From positions 670 through 64,669 of the forward strand of contig JAFNIT010000005.1 in assembly GCA_017601345.1 (NCBI GenBank): a stretch of DNA of 64,000 nucleotides, given 5' to 3'. Below are positions 54,886 to 64,000 of the stretch, in pieces (positions within the stretch are counted from its first letter, which is position 1; each line of letters begins with the position of its first letter). Origin of the DNA: Candidatus Brockarchaeota archaeon (lineage in GTDB: Archaea > Thermoproteota > EX4484-205 > JAAOZP01). Below the pieces are notes generated by a model. The model made no database searches, was not told the DNA's origin, and was given only the letters and a program-made list of their open reading frames with translations. Position numbers and translations under genes: made by a program.

Positions 54886-55541
54886 ACCATATAGTAATAC
54901 TGTACTTGGACTTGGCGTCTTCGTTTCTTCCTGAAGAACGGTGCGACGACTACGCCAGCTAGGAAACCGCCGATATGGGCCCAGTACGCTATCCCCGTAT
55001 AGCCTGGAATCATACTTTCTAAAAGCTGTAAGAGAAACCAGAAGCCTAGGTATACAATGGCAGGGAGCCTAACCATGAAAAAGCGGTAGAAAACCCTGAC
55101 CCTTGCAAGGGGGAACATAACCATATAGGCTCCCATTACTCCGGATATAGCTCCAGAAGCTCCTATTGCTGGAATCGTTGAAACAGGGTCTATTAAGAAG
55201 TGGGTTATGCTTGCAATTATTCCGAAAAATATGTAGAAGAACAGGAACTTACTATGCCCCATCCTATCTTCTACATTGTCGCCGAAGATGTATAGGAAGA
55301 TCATGTTGCCGAAGATGTGCATGATATCTGCGTGTAGGAACATTGACGTTAACATTCTGAAAAACCCATCCATAAAGTTAATCGTCAATAATCTCGGTAT
55401 GAATCCGTAACGCAGTATCATAAAATCATATGTCGAAGGGTCTGAGAATTCTAGTAGGAAAACACCAACGTTAATACCTATCAACATGTAGGTGACGATT
55501 GGATGCGTATAGCGTTCAGTTTCATCGCCGGCTGGAAACAT
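54882..55541 (-). CDS. Rhomboid-family intramembrane serine protease
   Basis: 'HADIMHIFGNM', 'GASGAISG' (catalytic Ser) and 'HIGGFLAG' (catalytic His). 6 TM. Confidence 0.85.
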   Translation of the reverse strand: MFPAGDETERYTHPIVTYMLIGINVGVFLLEFSDPSTYDFMILRYGFIPRLLTINFMDGFFRMLTSMFLHADIMHIFGNMIFLYIFGDNVEDRMGHSKFLFFYIFFGIIASITHFLIDPVSTIPAIGASGAISGVMGAYMVMFPLARVRVFYRFFMVRLPAIVYLGFWFLLQLLESMIPGYTGIAYWAHIGGFLAGVVVAPFFRKKRRRQVQVQYYYMV

Positions 55542-55640
55542 TTTTGAGTAAGAGTTAGGCCTTATTCAAGGCTTTTAAAAGTTTTTAAAAAACAACATGC
55601 TTAAAAGCAGCTTTTTCAAAACCTCCTCCAATAAACAAGC

Positions 55641-57029
55641 TTGGGCAAAGCTGAGGAAAAGAGAATACTGGAAGCACAGTTGATTTCTACATGTTTAATA
55701 GGTTCAGCAATGCTTCTAGAAGTTTCTGCGGGCATTATTACTAATAGTCTGGCAATTTTGGGTGATGGGGTACATGCCCTATATGATTTCATAATAATGG
55801 GGATGCTTCTAGCAACCTACAGGATTAGCATTAGGCCCGCTGATGAGAGTCACACTTATGGTCATAGTAGGATAAAGACCCTAGGATCCTTTGCAAGCGG
55901 GATAGCTCTCCTCTATTTCGTGGCCTACCTCATGTTTAGAAGCTTAAACAGGCTCTTTTCCCCGTCTCAGGTATATCTTGATCTAATGGGTTTCATAGCT
56001 TTAACCTACACGCTCATCGTGGACTTTGCCAGAATAACAGTCCTCTCAAAAGCTTCTAAGATTGAAGCCGGCGTGAAAGCAGGCCTGTTGCATTCGCTCG
56101 CAGACTTCTTCGACACGTTAATAGCTATAATCGGCTTCTTCCTAGCCGGATTCCTTAACATTGTACAGGCCGATGCTGTAGCCGGGCTAGTGTTATCGGT
56201 TATGATGATTTATCTGAGCATTAAACTGCTCTACGAAACCGGGCTGGAACTGACAGACACTGTTCCTCCAAACTTGGTGAGAAAGATTAGGCAGATCATT
56301 GAGGAGGAGTACGGTGCTGAAGGAGTTTCATACCTTAACATCAGGAGGATTGACAGAAGAACGTATGTAGACGTAGGCACACTGGTTTCTATGGATAGTA
56401 GTTTCTCGAACATACACTCGTCTGCAAAGAGGGTTGAGAACAGGATTCTCGAAGCTTTTGGAAACGAGGCCGTTGTAAGAATTCATACAATGCCCAAGGG
56501 GTCTAGTAGCCTCTACGGATTGATAAGGGATTCTGCTCTAAGCGTTAAGGGTGTTTCAAACGTCCACGAGATAATTATTTCGAAATCGGAGGGTAAACTG
56601 TTAGTGTCGCTGCATATAGAAGTCCCAGATAGCATGAATCTACTGGATGCGCATAGGGTTGCCGACGAAGTTGAGAAGAATGTTTTGAGGAATGTTGAAG
56701 ACGTGGGTAATGTAATGGTCCACTTAGAGACTGCCGGCTCCCCCTTAATACATGTTGAGAAAGTAAACTCGAGCTCTTCGCTCTATCTCAAGGTTAAGGA
56801 CACTGTTAGAGAAGAAATCGCTGATTTCGAAAACATTGAGGGGATAAATAAGATATTAGTGTTTAAAGATCCATACGGCTTGAATAGGGTAGAACTTACG
56901 GTAAGTATGGATGGGAGGAAGAGCATGACAGAGGTTCATGAGGCAGTTTCGCGCCTAGAGGATGCTGTTAAGAAAAAATTAGGAGAAAACATTGAAGTGG
57001 TTATTCATGCTGAGCCGAGATCTGATTAG
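55641..57029 (+). CDS. Cation diffusion facilitator (CDF) transporter with three tandem cytoplasmic C-terminal domains
   Basis: TM domain with 'GDGVHALYD' and 'HSLADFFD' metal-site motifs. Three consecutive ZT_dimer-like alpha-beta-beta-alpha-beta units follow. TTG start. Confidence 0.8.
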   Translation: MGKAEEKRILEAQLISTCLIGSAMLLEVSAGIITNSLAILGDGVHALYDFIIMGMLLATYRISIRPADESHTYGHSRIKTLGSFASGIALLYFVAYLMFRSLNRLFSPSQVYLDLMGFIALTYTLIVDFARITVLSKASKIEAGVKAGLLHSLADFFDTLIAIIGFFLAGFLNIVQADAVAGLVLSVMMIYLSIKLLYETGLELTDTVPPNLVRKIRQIIEEEYGAEGVSYLNIRRIDRRTYVDVGTLVSMDSSFSNIHSSAKRVENRILEAFGNEAVVRIHTMPKGSSSLYGLIRDSALSVKGVSNVHEIIISKSEGKLLVSLHIEVPDSMNLLDAHRVADEVEKNVLRNVEDVGNVMVHLETAGSPLIHVEKVNSSSSLYLKVKDTVREEIADFENIEGINKILVFKDPYGLNRVELTVSMDGRKSMTEVHEAVSRLEDAVKKKLGENIEVVIHAEPRSD

Positions 57030-57074
57030 GCTAAAGCTTTTATCTCTCTCTAATAAATAATTCTTAATGTTGAA

Positions 57075-57821
57075 ATGGTTGGAAAAAGCGTGATTATTGA
57101 AGAGGTTAAAACTGATTCTGAAAGGCCCGTAATACTTGAGGGGCTTCCAGACATTGGGCTAGTTGGAACAATATCGCTAACCCACTATCTTGCTAAGCTC
57201 GGTTTTAAAAAGACAGGCTATCTTCAGACAGAAGAGTTCCCACCAATGCTCATTATAAGGGATGGAAAGATGGGCGATATCTTCGAGATATATTATAAGG
57301 ACAACGTCTACATACTGAGGTCGGAGCTTCCAATACCCCAGAAAGGGCTTAATGAGATAGTTGACGAGATTATTAACTGGGTTAAGTCTAAAAATCCCAG
57401 TTTATTTCTAAGCCTCGGCGGAATACCTGACCCAGATAGGATAGATATAATAGACCCGAAGGTTTACGCTATACCTACGAATGAGGAAGCATCGTCCATA
57501 CTTTCTAAGATGAAAGGTGTCGAATTACTAAGTGACGGTTTTATCTTCGGCCCTAAAGCACTCATACTGAGGAAACTGGAGAGGCTTGGAATAACAGGCT
57601 TAGGATTATTCGTCCAATCCTACCTTAACTATCCCGACCCCGGTTCGGCGGCGAAGGTTCTAACAATACTCCCACAAATAGGACTGGAAAAAGTTGAAGT
57701 GGATTCGCTCATCGCTTCAGCTGAGGAGATAAGAATGCAATACAGAGAGCTGATGAGGAGGACTGACGATGAGATAAGAAGGATGAGGCAGATTCAACCA
57801 ATTGCAGAACAACTTGTGTAA
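57075..57821 (+). CDS. PAC2-family (proteasome assembly chaperone-like) protein
   Basis: 'VILEGLPDIGLVGTISLTHYL' and overall PAC2 layout. Confidence 0.7.
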   Translation: MVGKSVIIEEVKTDSERPVILEGLPDIGLVGTISLTHYLAKLGFKKTGYLQTEEFPPMLIIRDGKMGDIFEIYYKDNVYILRSELPIPQKGLNEIVDEIINWVKSKNPSLFLSLGGIPDPDRIDIIDPKVYAIPTNEEASSILSKMKGVELLSDGFIFGPKALILRKLERLGITGLGLFVQSYLNYPDPGSAAKVLTILPQIGLEKVEVDSLIASAEEIRMQYRELMRRTDDEIRRMRQIQPIAEQLV

Positions 57822-57834
57822 GAGGTGTAGCATA

Positions 57835-58227
57835 ATGGAGGATATTGAAAAGATGATGGAGGAGATGGGGAGGATTTTCGGAGAGGATTTTAGAAGACGT
57901 AAGATGAGGGCAATGGGCTGTGTTGAGCCTCTCTACAACATTGTGGAGAGAGAAGATGAGATAAGGATAAGCGTTGACCTACCTGGCGTTGAGAAGGATG
58001 ATATTAAGCTAACATTACATGAGGATTCTATCGTGGTTGAAGGAGTATGTAGAAAGGAGACGCCAACAGTTAGAAGACTATCAGGAGGAAGACCTCTTTA
58101 CTATAGTGTAAGGATTCCTCTTCCCACAAGGGTTGAGGAGGAGTCTGCAAGAGCAAGATATTCAAACGGTATTCTAGAAGTAGTTTTGATGAAGAGGAAG
58201 CGTGGCAGGAGAATACCTGTTGAGTAA
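57835..58227 (+). CDS. Small heat-shock protein (Hsp20/alpha-crystallin)
   Basis: 'ISVDLPGVEKDDIKLTL ... ARARYSNGILEVVL'. Start moved to the ATG at 57835, after the PAC2 stop. Confidence 0.85.
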   Translation: MEDIEKMMEEMGRIFGEDFRRRKMRAMGCVEPLYNIVEREDEIRISVDLPGVEKDDIKLTLHEDSIVVEGVCRKETPTVRRLSGGRPLYYSVRIPLPTRVEEESARARYSNGILEVVLMKRKRGRRIPVE

Positions 58228-59503
58228 CCCGTCGGCGCTATTGAGCAATGGGAGCATTGAGCTTCGGGCTGTCAAGGGAAGTCTATGCATATATTGTTTG
58301 GGTTCAAGAGCATTATGTGGAAGGATGCAATGTCCAATATTGCTGAAGTACAGTAAGCTGCAACCCGTCGTAAAGCTGGAAGACAAGAAGATACTCGACG
58401 GCTCTTCTCCACCAGGGGTCTTCGTAGGTAGAATAGGTTATCCAAAGGTAGGAGTCGGCCCCATGGTCCCCCCGTACTTCGGAGATACTAAAGTATTAGA
58501 CTACCCAGAATCCTGGTGGAGCATAAATCTTGAGAAACTGGTCGAGTATAGATCTAGCTTAGTAAGGGGAGTATTCAAGGTAGATGTTCACAAGCCTTGG
58601 GAAGCAGGGAGGCTTTTCCAGCTTACTCAAGAAATAGCTATGGCGAGCCAGCCTGCTGAAGCATACGTGGAGTTTTCAAAACCAGTCCGGGCTAGGATAT
58701 TGCTGGACGAGGATGCTCAACCATTTGGCCCATACGGGCTTGTCGAAAAGATAGAGTCAGGGAACATTAAGGTCAACCGTTTCATCGAGAAAGCATATTA
58801 CGACGAGGATTTAAAGGCCTCTGAGGCGATCTATTATCTTTACTCGCTCGGAGTGCCTGTTTCAACGATACAGAAGGCTTTCAGCGTTGCAGTATTTGGA
58901 ATAGGTAAAAAGAGGAGGCTTGTTCCAACCAGGTGGAGCATAACTGCTGTAGACAGCACATTGGCTGAGAAAATGCTTGAGAAGATTAGGGAGAACCCTG
59001 AGGTCGATGAATATGCTGTTTACGAGTCTGAACATATGGATAACAAGTTCATAGTGATCGTAATACCTGGGAAATGGTCTTACGAATTCATAGAGATGTT
59101 CCACCCGGGTTCAGTATGGAACGTGGGTGACGAAAATATTGCAGTGGGCTCGGATTACGAGGATGCTGAGGGGAGGACGACTTATGCCAGAATAGGCGGT
59201 TGCTACTATGCTGCGAGGCTTGCAGTCGTAGAGTATCTTAACAGGATTAGGAGGCAAGGCTCTGTTCTTGTCATAAGAGAGGCGGGGCCAGGATACTTCC
59301 TGCCGGCTGGCGTATGGCTAGTTAGGGAGAATGTTAGAAAGGCTTTAGCAGGAAAGCCTGTTAAGTTCGGAAGCCTCGAATCCGCTTTAACTTATGCTGC
59401 GAGAAGGCTTAGAACACCCTGGCGACTAGTGCTGGAGGAAAGCAGGCTTTTAAGGGATATTAGGGAAAGAAGGAGGATCACGGAATACTTAAAAGAAAAG
59501 TAA
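58202..59503 (+). CDS. nreA: NreA-family archaeal DNA-repair protein
   Basis: N-terminal 'CIYCLGSRALCGRMQCPIL' zinc-ribbon-like motif, with Nre N- and C-domain layout. The start is uncertain (GTG 58202 or TTG 58241; no ATG before the Cys motif). Confidence 0.7.
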   Translation: MAGEYLLSNPSALLSNGSIELRAVKGSLCIYCLGSRALCGRMQCPILLKYSKLQPVVKLEDKKILDGSSPPGVFVGRIGYPKVGVGPMVPPYFGDTKVLDYPESWWSINLEKLVEYRSSLVRGVFKVDVHKPWEAGRLFQLTQEIAMASQPAEAYVEFSKPVRARILLDEDAQPFGPYGLVEKIESGNIKVNRFIEKAYYDEDLKASEAIYYLYSLGVPVSTIQKAFSVAVFGIGKKRRLVPTRWSITAVDSTLAEKMLEKIRENPEVDEYAVYESEHMDNKFIVIVIPGKWSYEFIEMFHPGSVWNVGDENIAVGSDYEDAEGRTTYARIGGCYYAARLAVVEYLNRIRRQGSVLVIREAGPGYFLPAGVWLVRENVRKALAGKPVKFGSLESALTYAARRLRTPWRLVLEESRLLRDIRERRRITEYLKEK

Positions 59504-59507
59504 AGAG

Positions 59508-60896
59508 ATGAGCATGGTTATGGAGAAACCCAGGGATGTTTTCCTCTACAACACTCTGACGAGAAGAGTAGAGAAACTGGTTCCCGTACATCCTGGAGAG
59601 GTGAGGATGTACGTCTGCGGCCCCACGGTGTACGACGTTGCCCATTTGGGTCATGCTAGAGCAGAGATAGTCTACGATTCTTTCAGAAGGTTCTTGGAAT
59701 ATCTGGGGTACAGGGTGATACTGGTTAGGAATATTACTGATGTTGACGATAAGATAATAAACAGAGCCAGGGAGGAGAACAGGCCTGCAAGCGAGGTCGC
59801 GCTTCAGTATACTGTGAAATATTTCATCGACACTATGAGGCTTGGAGTAAAGCAGCCGACGTTTAACCCAAGGGTTACCGATCATATTCCCGAAATAATT
59901 GCTTTCGTAAGCAAGCTTGTGGAAAAGGGTTATGCATACGAGTCTGGTGGAGACGTGTATTTCTCAGTCAGGAAATATCAGGGCTACGGAGAGCTCTCCG
60001 GCCAGTCTCTGGATAAGATTATTGCAGGCGCAAGGATCGAGCCTGGCGAGGGCAAGAGGGACCCACTGGATTTCGCGCTCTGGAAAGCAGCTAAACCCGG
60101 TGAAGCATCTTGGGAAAGCCCTTGGGGGAAAGGGCGTCCCGGTTGGCACATAGAGTGCTCGACGATGAGCATGAAGTACTTAGGAGAGACGCTTGATATC
60201 CACGCGGGCGGCATGGACCTTGTCTTCCCTCATCATGAGAATGAAAGGGCTCAGTCAGAGTCCCTGACGGGGAAGAAGTTTGTTAACATATGGATGCACC
60301 ATGGGCCGTTGACGGTCGGAGGAGAGAAAATGTCTAAATCGCTCGGCAACTACGTGACCCTCGAGGATGCTTTAAACAAGTTTGACGCCGACACCCTTAG
60401 GCTCTACATTCTCTCAACCCATTATCGCAGCCCGTTGGACTACAGTGAACAGGCTCTGGAGTCAGCTAAGAAAGGGCTTGACAAAGTCAGGAGGATCATC
60501 ATTAGGCTCGGCGGAGGAGGTGAGGCTGAGGGTGAGGCGGAGGAGCTTGAGGAAGAGGTTTTAAAACATCTTTCTAACGATTTCGATACTCCCAAGGCTA
60601 TTGCCGCTCTCATGAATGCTGCGAACCAGATTCTTGAAAGGCTCAATAAAGGAGATGTGTCAAAGAGCTTTCTAGGAGGATTTGTTAAATTGTGGAGGAT
60701 GCTAGGGTTCTTCCAGAGCGGGGTTGAGAGGGCTACGGAAAGGGAGAAAAGGCTTGTCGGAATACTAATGGAAATCAGGAGCTTAGCTAGGGCTTCTGGA
60801 GACTATCGGCTTGCCGACAGAATTAGAGACGAGATTAATAAGATGGGAATAGTGGTTGAGGATACTGCCGAAGGTTCCTTTACATACATACTTTAG
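59508..60896 (+). CDS. cysS: Cysteinyl-tRNA synthetase
   Basis: 'CGPTVYDVAHLGHAR' (HIGH) and 'KMSKSLGN'. Confidence 0.95.
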   Translation: MSMVMEKPRDVFLYNTLTRRVEKLVPVHPGEVRMYVCGPTVYDVAHLGHARAEIVYDSFRRFLEYLGYRVILVRNITDVDDKIINRAREENRPASEVALQYTVKYFIDTMRLGVKQPTFNPRVTDHIPEIIAFVSKLVEKGYAYESGGDVYFSVRKYQGYGELSGQSLDKIIAGARIEPGEGKRDPLDFALWKAAKPGEASWESPWGKGRPGWHIECSTMSMKYLGETLDIHAGGMDLVFPHHENERAQSESLTGKKFVNIWMHHGPLTVGGEKMSKSLGNYVTLEDALNKFDADTLRLYILSTHYRSPLDYSEQALESAKKGLDKVRRIIIRLGGGGEAEGEAEELEEEVLKHLSNDFDTPKAIAALMNAANQILERLNKGDVSKSFLGGFVKLWRMLGFFQSGVERATEREKRLVGILMEIRSLARASGDYRLADRIRDEINKMGIVVEDTAEGSFTYIL

Positions 60897-61112
60897 GATT
60901 TATCCTGATCTTCTCGATGGGGAAAAACTTAAAATAAGAGTGCTACTTGGTATTCTCAGACTCTAAAAAATGAAGAGCAAAGGAAACCCATTAAACGCGT
61001 TTCCCAGCATGACTGGCATAGAGCATGCTATAAAGCATTATACTGAGATTCCTTGGAGAAGACCATATGCATGGGAAGGAGAATGCTGAATACTCCTATG
61101 GGGAATTGTTAA

Positions 61113-61883
61113 GTGTGGGGAAACCTGTTGAACATTTGTATTAATACTTCAAACCTTAGCAATTTAGCTGCTAAAGAGGGTGGACTAGAGCCTCTTCTAA
61201 TAAAGCTGATAGGGCTAGATTTAAAGAGCATTGAACTCGACGAAGAGAGTGCCAGGGATAGAGAACATGTTCATCAGATTTTTAATACTGTCAGAGAAAA
61301 TGGGGGGAGCATAGTGACGCTAACACTCAAACTCAACATACTCGGTGGAAACGTTAAGAACGATGAGAAGTATTTCAATGAAGTTAAGAACTGGATAAGG
61401 TTCTGTGGAGAGAATGGTTGCAGAGTTTTGAGACTAAAGGCTGTACCGGCAAGGGGCAAGGAATATACTGAAGAGGATTTCAATCTGCTGTATAGGAATC
61501 TACTCAACCTCCTTTCTTCAGCTGAGAAAAATAATGTTAAGATCAGCATAGATGCCGATGAATCAGCATACTTGAAGATGGAGCGGCTTACTAGCATGGT
61601 TGAGGATATCGGTTCTGAGAATATAGGTTTAACATTAAGCATTAAGGATGTTAAGAGAATTGATGAGAAGGTTCTTGAAAAAATGCTGCCGCTGGTTAAC
61701 CATGTGATTGTCAGCCAGAACAACTTGAGCAATCCTGAGAAGAATACTCTTAGGAAAATACTTAATGCTCTTTACTCTGCTTTCTATAGTGGCCATGTCT
61801 CAATTGAATTTACAAATGTTAAGAGTGTTGAGGATCTAGCTAATTGCGTTAAAACACTTAAGGAAATCCTTAATCAGGGCTAG
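61113..61883 (+). CDS. Xylose-isomerase-like TIM-barrel (sugar phosphate isomerase/epimerase family) protein
   Basis: Weak but collinear AP_endonuc_2-type pattern ('IELDEE', 'CRVLRLKA', 'VKISIDADE', 'VNHVIVSQ'). GTG start. Confidence 0.45.
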   Translation: MWGNLLNICINTSNLSNLAAKEGGLEPLLIKLIGLDLKSIELDEESARDREHVHQIFNTVRENGGSIVTLTLKLNILGGNVKNDEKYFNEVKNWIRFCGENGCRVLRLKAVPARGKEYTEEDFNLLYRNLLNLLSSAEKNNVKISIDADESAYLKMERLTSMVEDIGSENIGLTLSIKDVKRIDEKVLEKMLPLVNHVIVSQNNLSNPEKNTLRKILNALYSAFYSGHVSIEFTNVKSVEDLANCVKTLKEILNQG

Positions 61884-64000
61884 AGTTTCTTGAAGAAGAA
61901 CCCATCGATTTCTTCTAATCCCTGCCCGGGCGATTCATAACTGACTTCAACTTTATGCATCTTAACCAGGTCAGGCTCCAGCCCCTTCAATTTCTCAGGC
62001 AAGTATACTCTATATTCTATCTTCTCGTTAAGGGGTACGTTGAGCCTCTTCTTAAGCTTCCAGATAGCTGAGTTTACATTCATAAACAGGGTTGCCAGCT
62101 CACCATCAATAGGTTCAATATCGTCTAAGCTGGGGAAGTGCTGGTTCATCACGGATTCGTTGTACATGTTCCTGAACAAGTAGTCTGTTATGAAAGGTAT
62201 TATGGGTGAAAGGCTGATTAAACATGTTCTTAAAACCCTATGTAAAGTATACCATGCTGAGAGCGCTTCTTCTTTGCTCCCAGTCATGTATGCTCTTGGT
62301 TTAACGGCTTCAAGGTAATGGTCTGCGAAGAAGTTCCAAATGTAGTTTCTCAAGAGGTTAGCAGGTCCGTAGAAGTCTAGGGAATCATAATCCTTCTTAG
62401 CCTCCTCTATTACCTTTTTAAGCTCGCTTAAAACAAGCTTATCGAGTAGACAGAGCTTAGGCTTTTCGTTAACAAATTCGAAGGATGATATGAATCTGCT
62501 TATATTCCAAAGCTTTGTGAGGAAGATTCTTGCAGCTTTAATCCTGTCTTCTGAGAAACGGTAGTTTGAACCCAGTTTGGCTTCAGAAGCAGCCCAAAAC
62601 CTGAAGGCGTCAGCACCATACTCCTCGAGATACTTGTCTGGATAGATTACATTGCCCTTAGACTTATGCATCGCCTCTCCTTTTTCATCAAGTCCTAAAC
62701 CGCTTATCCTAACCTCTTTAAATGGCGGTGTGCCAACTAATTGTACTGTTCTCAGAATAGAATAGTAAAGCCAAGTTCTTATTATCTCATAACCCTGTGG
62801 CCTCAGAGAACATATCCAAGATTTTTTGAAGAGTTCTTCATTTCTCTTATATCCCGTTACATATAATTGAGATATGCTGGAGTCCATCCATGTGTCTAAA
62901 ACTCTAGTATCGCCTTGAAAATCTGTCCCGCCGCATTTAGCACATTTAACATCCTCGCCAGGCTGCTCTTCCCAAGGACGATAATATCTTCCTGGTTTCG
63001 GAGCATAGGTTTCGCCGCATTTCTTGCAATACCAGAGCGGTACCTCTGTAGCATAGTACCTTCTCCTGGAAATAGGCCAGTCCCCCTTAATGCTGTTAAT
63101 CCAGTTAATGAGTATTTGCCTCATGGAGTCCGGATAAAAAACCATCTTATCAGCGGCTTCTCTAACTTTATCGATGAACTCTTCCTGCTTAAGATAGAGC
63201 TCACTCATCTCGACGAATTCTAATCTCGTCCGGCACCTCCAGCAGACAGGTATCCTCTGAATAATGTCTTCGGATTTAGCAAGCAATCCTCTTCTGGAAA
63301 GCTCTTCTACAATCCTCTTCTTGGCTTCATCAACTTTTAACCCCTTGAGGAAGCCTGATTCCTCAGTCATAATAGCGTTCTCATCTATGACCCTCGTGGG
63401 TTTCAAACCGAGTTCTCTGAACAATCTTATATCAGAAGTATCCCCGTAGCTGCATATCATTACTAGTCCGGTGCCGAAATCCGGCTTAGCATAGCTGTTT
63501 GGAATAACCTTAACCTCCTTACCGTAAATCGGCACGATCATTGTCTTCCCCTCGAGTCTAAGGTATCTCTCATCTTCAGGATTGAATATGACTGCGTCGC
63601 AACCAGCCAGCAACTCTGGCCTCGTTGTAGCTATTTGAACATCTTCACCCGTCTCCTTAACCTTGAAAACAATGTAATACAGTTTCGAAGGTACCTCTAT
63701 GTATTCTACTTCAGCATCAGCTATCGCCGTACCACATCGGGGACACCAGTTTGTAGGCCTCTTTGCCTCGTATATTAAGCCTCTTTTCCACAATTCTATG
63801 AAAGTCTCTTGAGTAAGGCTCCTATATTCTGGGGAGTCAGTCCTATACATGTTTTCGAATTCGCTGCTTAAACCCAATCTTTTGGCTTGTTTAATCACCT
63901 CTGCCTCAACCTGGTCTAAAGTCCGCTTACAGAGGTTGATGAAATGCTCCCTATCTACTTCCTTCACCATAATGTTGAACTGCTTTTCAACCATAACTTC
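61880..64000 (-). CDS. valS: Valyl-tRNA synthetase, 5'-truncated by the window edge
   Basis: 'NWCPRCGTAIADAEVEY', 'IATTRPE', 'FGTGLVMICSYGD', 'DWPISRRRYY', 'DTWMDSS' and the KMSKS-position 'AMHKSKGN'. The HIGH region would lie beyond position 64000. Confidence 0.8.
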   Translation of the reverse strand, partial: EVMVEKQFNIMVKEVDREHFINLCKRTLDQVEAEVIKQAKRLGLSSEFENMYRTDSPEYRSLTQETFIELWKRGLIYEAKRPTNWCPRCGTAIADAEVEYIEVPSKLYYIVFKVKETGEDVQIATTRPELLAGCDAVIFNPEDERYLRLEGKTMIVPIYGKEVKVIPNSYAKPDFGTGLVMICSYGDTSDIRLFRELGLKPTRVIDENAIMTEESGFLKGLKVDEAKKRIVEELSRRGLLAKSEDIIQRIPVCWRCRTRLEFVEMSELYLKQEEFIDKVREAADKMVFYPDSMRQILINWINSIKGDWPISRRRYYATEVPLWYCKKCGETYAPKPGRYYRPWEEQPGEDVKCAKCGGTDFQGDTRVLDTWMDSSISQLYVTGYKRNEELFKKSWICSLRPQGYEIIRTWLYYSILRTVQLVGTPPFKEVRISGLGLDEKGEAMHKSKGNVIYPDKYLEEYGADAFRFWAASEAKLGSNYRFSEDRIKAARIFLTKLWNISRFISSFEFVNEKPKLCLLDKLVLSELKKVIEEAKKDYDSLDFYGPANLLRNYIWNFFADHYLEAVKPRAYMTGSKEEALSAWYTLHRVLRTCLISLSPIIPFITDYLFRNMYNESVMNQHFPSLDDIEPIDGELATLFMNVNSAIWKLKKRLNVPLNEKIEYRVYLPEKLKGLEPDLVKMHKVEVSYESPGQGLEEIDGFFFKKL

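Noticed and set aside
60970-61089. A 39-aa ORF ('MKSKGNPLNAFPSMTGIEHAIKHYTEIPWRRPYAWEGEC') lies in the cysS/TIM-barrel intergenic region.
   Set aside because: It is short, has no recognisable motif and has no clear promoter spacing. It could be a remnant or a chance ORF, so I have not annotated it.
2206-61732. Many long ORFs in the six-frame track lie antisense inside recognised genes. Examples are 2206-2499, 4540-4797, 5069-5368, 5639-5947, 26650-27084, 29529-30062, 35962-36381, 45047-45490, 49207-49656, 59478-59885 and 61274-61732.
   Set aside because: Each is fully nested opposite a gene with clear family motifs. Their translations are Ser/Leu/Pro/Thr-rich and low in complexity, and none shows a recognisable motif. 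I treat them as shadow ORFs.
62640-62680. The ValRS KMSKS loop reads 'AMHKSKGN' instead of KMSKS.
   Set aside because: The second lysine is retained and the rest of the enzyme is canonical. Without an alignment of archaeal ValRS sequences I cannot say this is unusual.
1-64000. CRISPR arrays, rRNA or tRNA genes, IS elements, integrases and prophage or plasmid modules.
   Set aside because: I scanned the larger intergenic regions by eye (13431-13675, 18709-18884, 20328-20555, 23040-23571, 24833-25081, 29098-29553, 60897-61112). I found no repeat-spacer periodicity, no tRNA cloverleaf hallmarks, and no transposase or integrase-like ORFs. A tRNAscan/Infernal run would be the definitive check.

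Overview
This is a compact, gene-dense archaeal chromosomal segment. It is most consistent with a hyperthermophilic crenarchaeon (Thermoproteota), but that assignment is inferred from gene content only: RGG-tailed OB-fold SSB, isopentenyl phosphate kinase, GGPP synthase, NreA, PAC2, AlaX, Clp1-type kinase, stand-alone RAM proteins, AT-rich TATA-like boxes about 30-40 nt upstream of starts, and many ATGA start/stop overlaps.

Content:
- Hydrogen metabolism: a HoxEFUYH-type NAD(P)-linked [NiFe] hydrogenase operon sits divergently next to a four-subunit sulfhydrogenase-type [NiFe] hydrogenase plus one maturation endopeptidase. hypFCDE lies about 40 kb away.
- Central carbon metabolism: pgk, acs, glyA and two different PFK-A family phosphofructokinases.
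- Lipid and solute genes: GGPP synthase, IPK and an Ino1-type inositol-phosphate synthase.
- Translation genes: thiI, alaX, cysS and a partial valS.
- Proteostasis and repair: PAC2, Hsp20, NreA and a rhomboid protease.
- Accessory or decayed stretches: a diverged, reciprocally decayed duplication of an 'aminotransferase-like -> <- pgk' gene pair; a frameshifted DUF4143 ATPase; and an AT-rich toxin-antitoxin islet.

Best candidate for an undescribed system: the ATGA-coupled three-gene operon at 41474-44927. It encodes a polytopic membrane protein, a HerA/FtsK-like protein without Walker motifs, and an intact RadA/RadB-type ATPase. A perfect 11-bp inverted repeat precedes it, and a processive (QxxRW) GT2 synthase lies divergent to it. 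A second candidate is a cysteine-desulfurase homolog lacking both the PLP lysine and the catalytic cysteine, followed by an Fe-S-domain protein.

I found no rRNA, tRNA, CRISPR array, integrase or transposase. All calls come from reading the translated ORFs and the DNA by eye; no searches were run.
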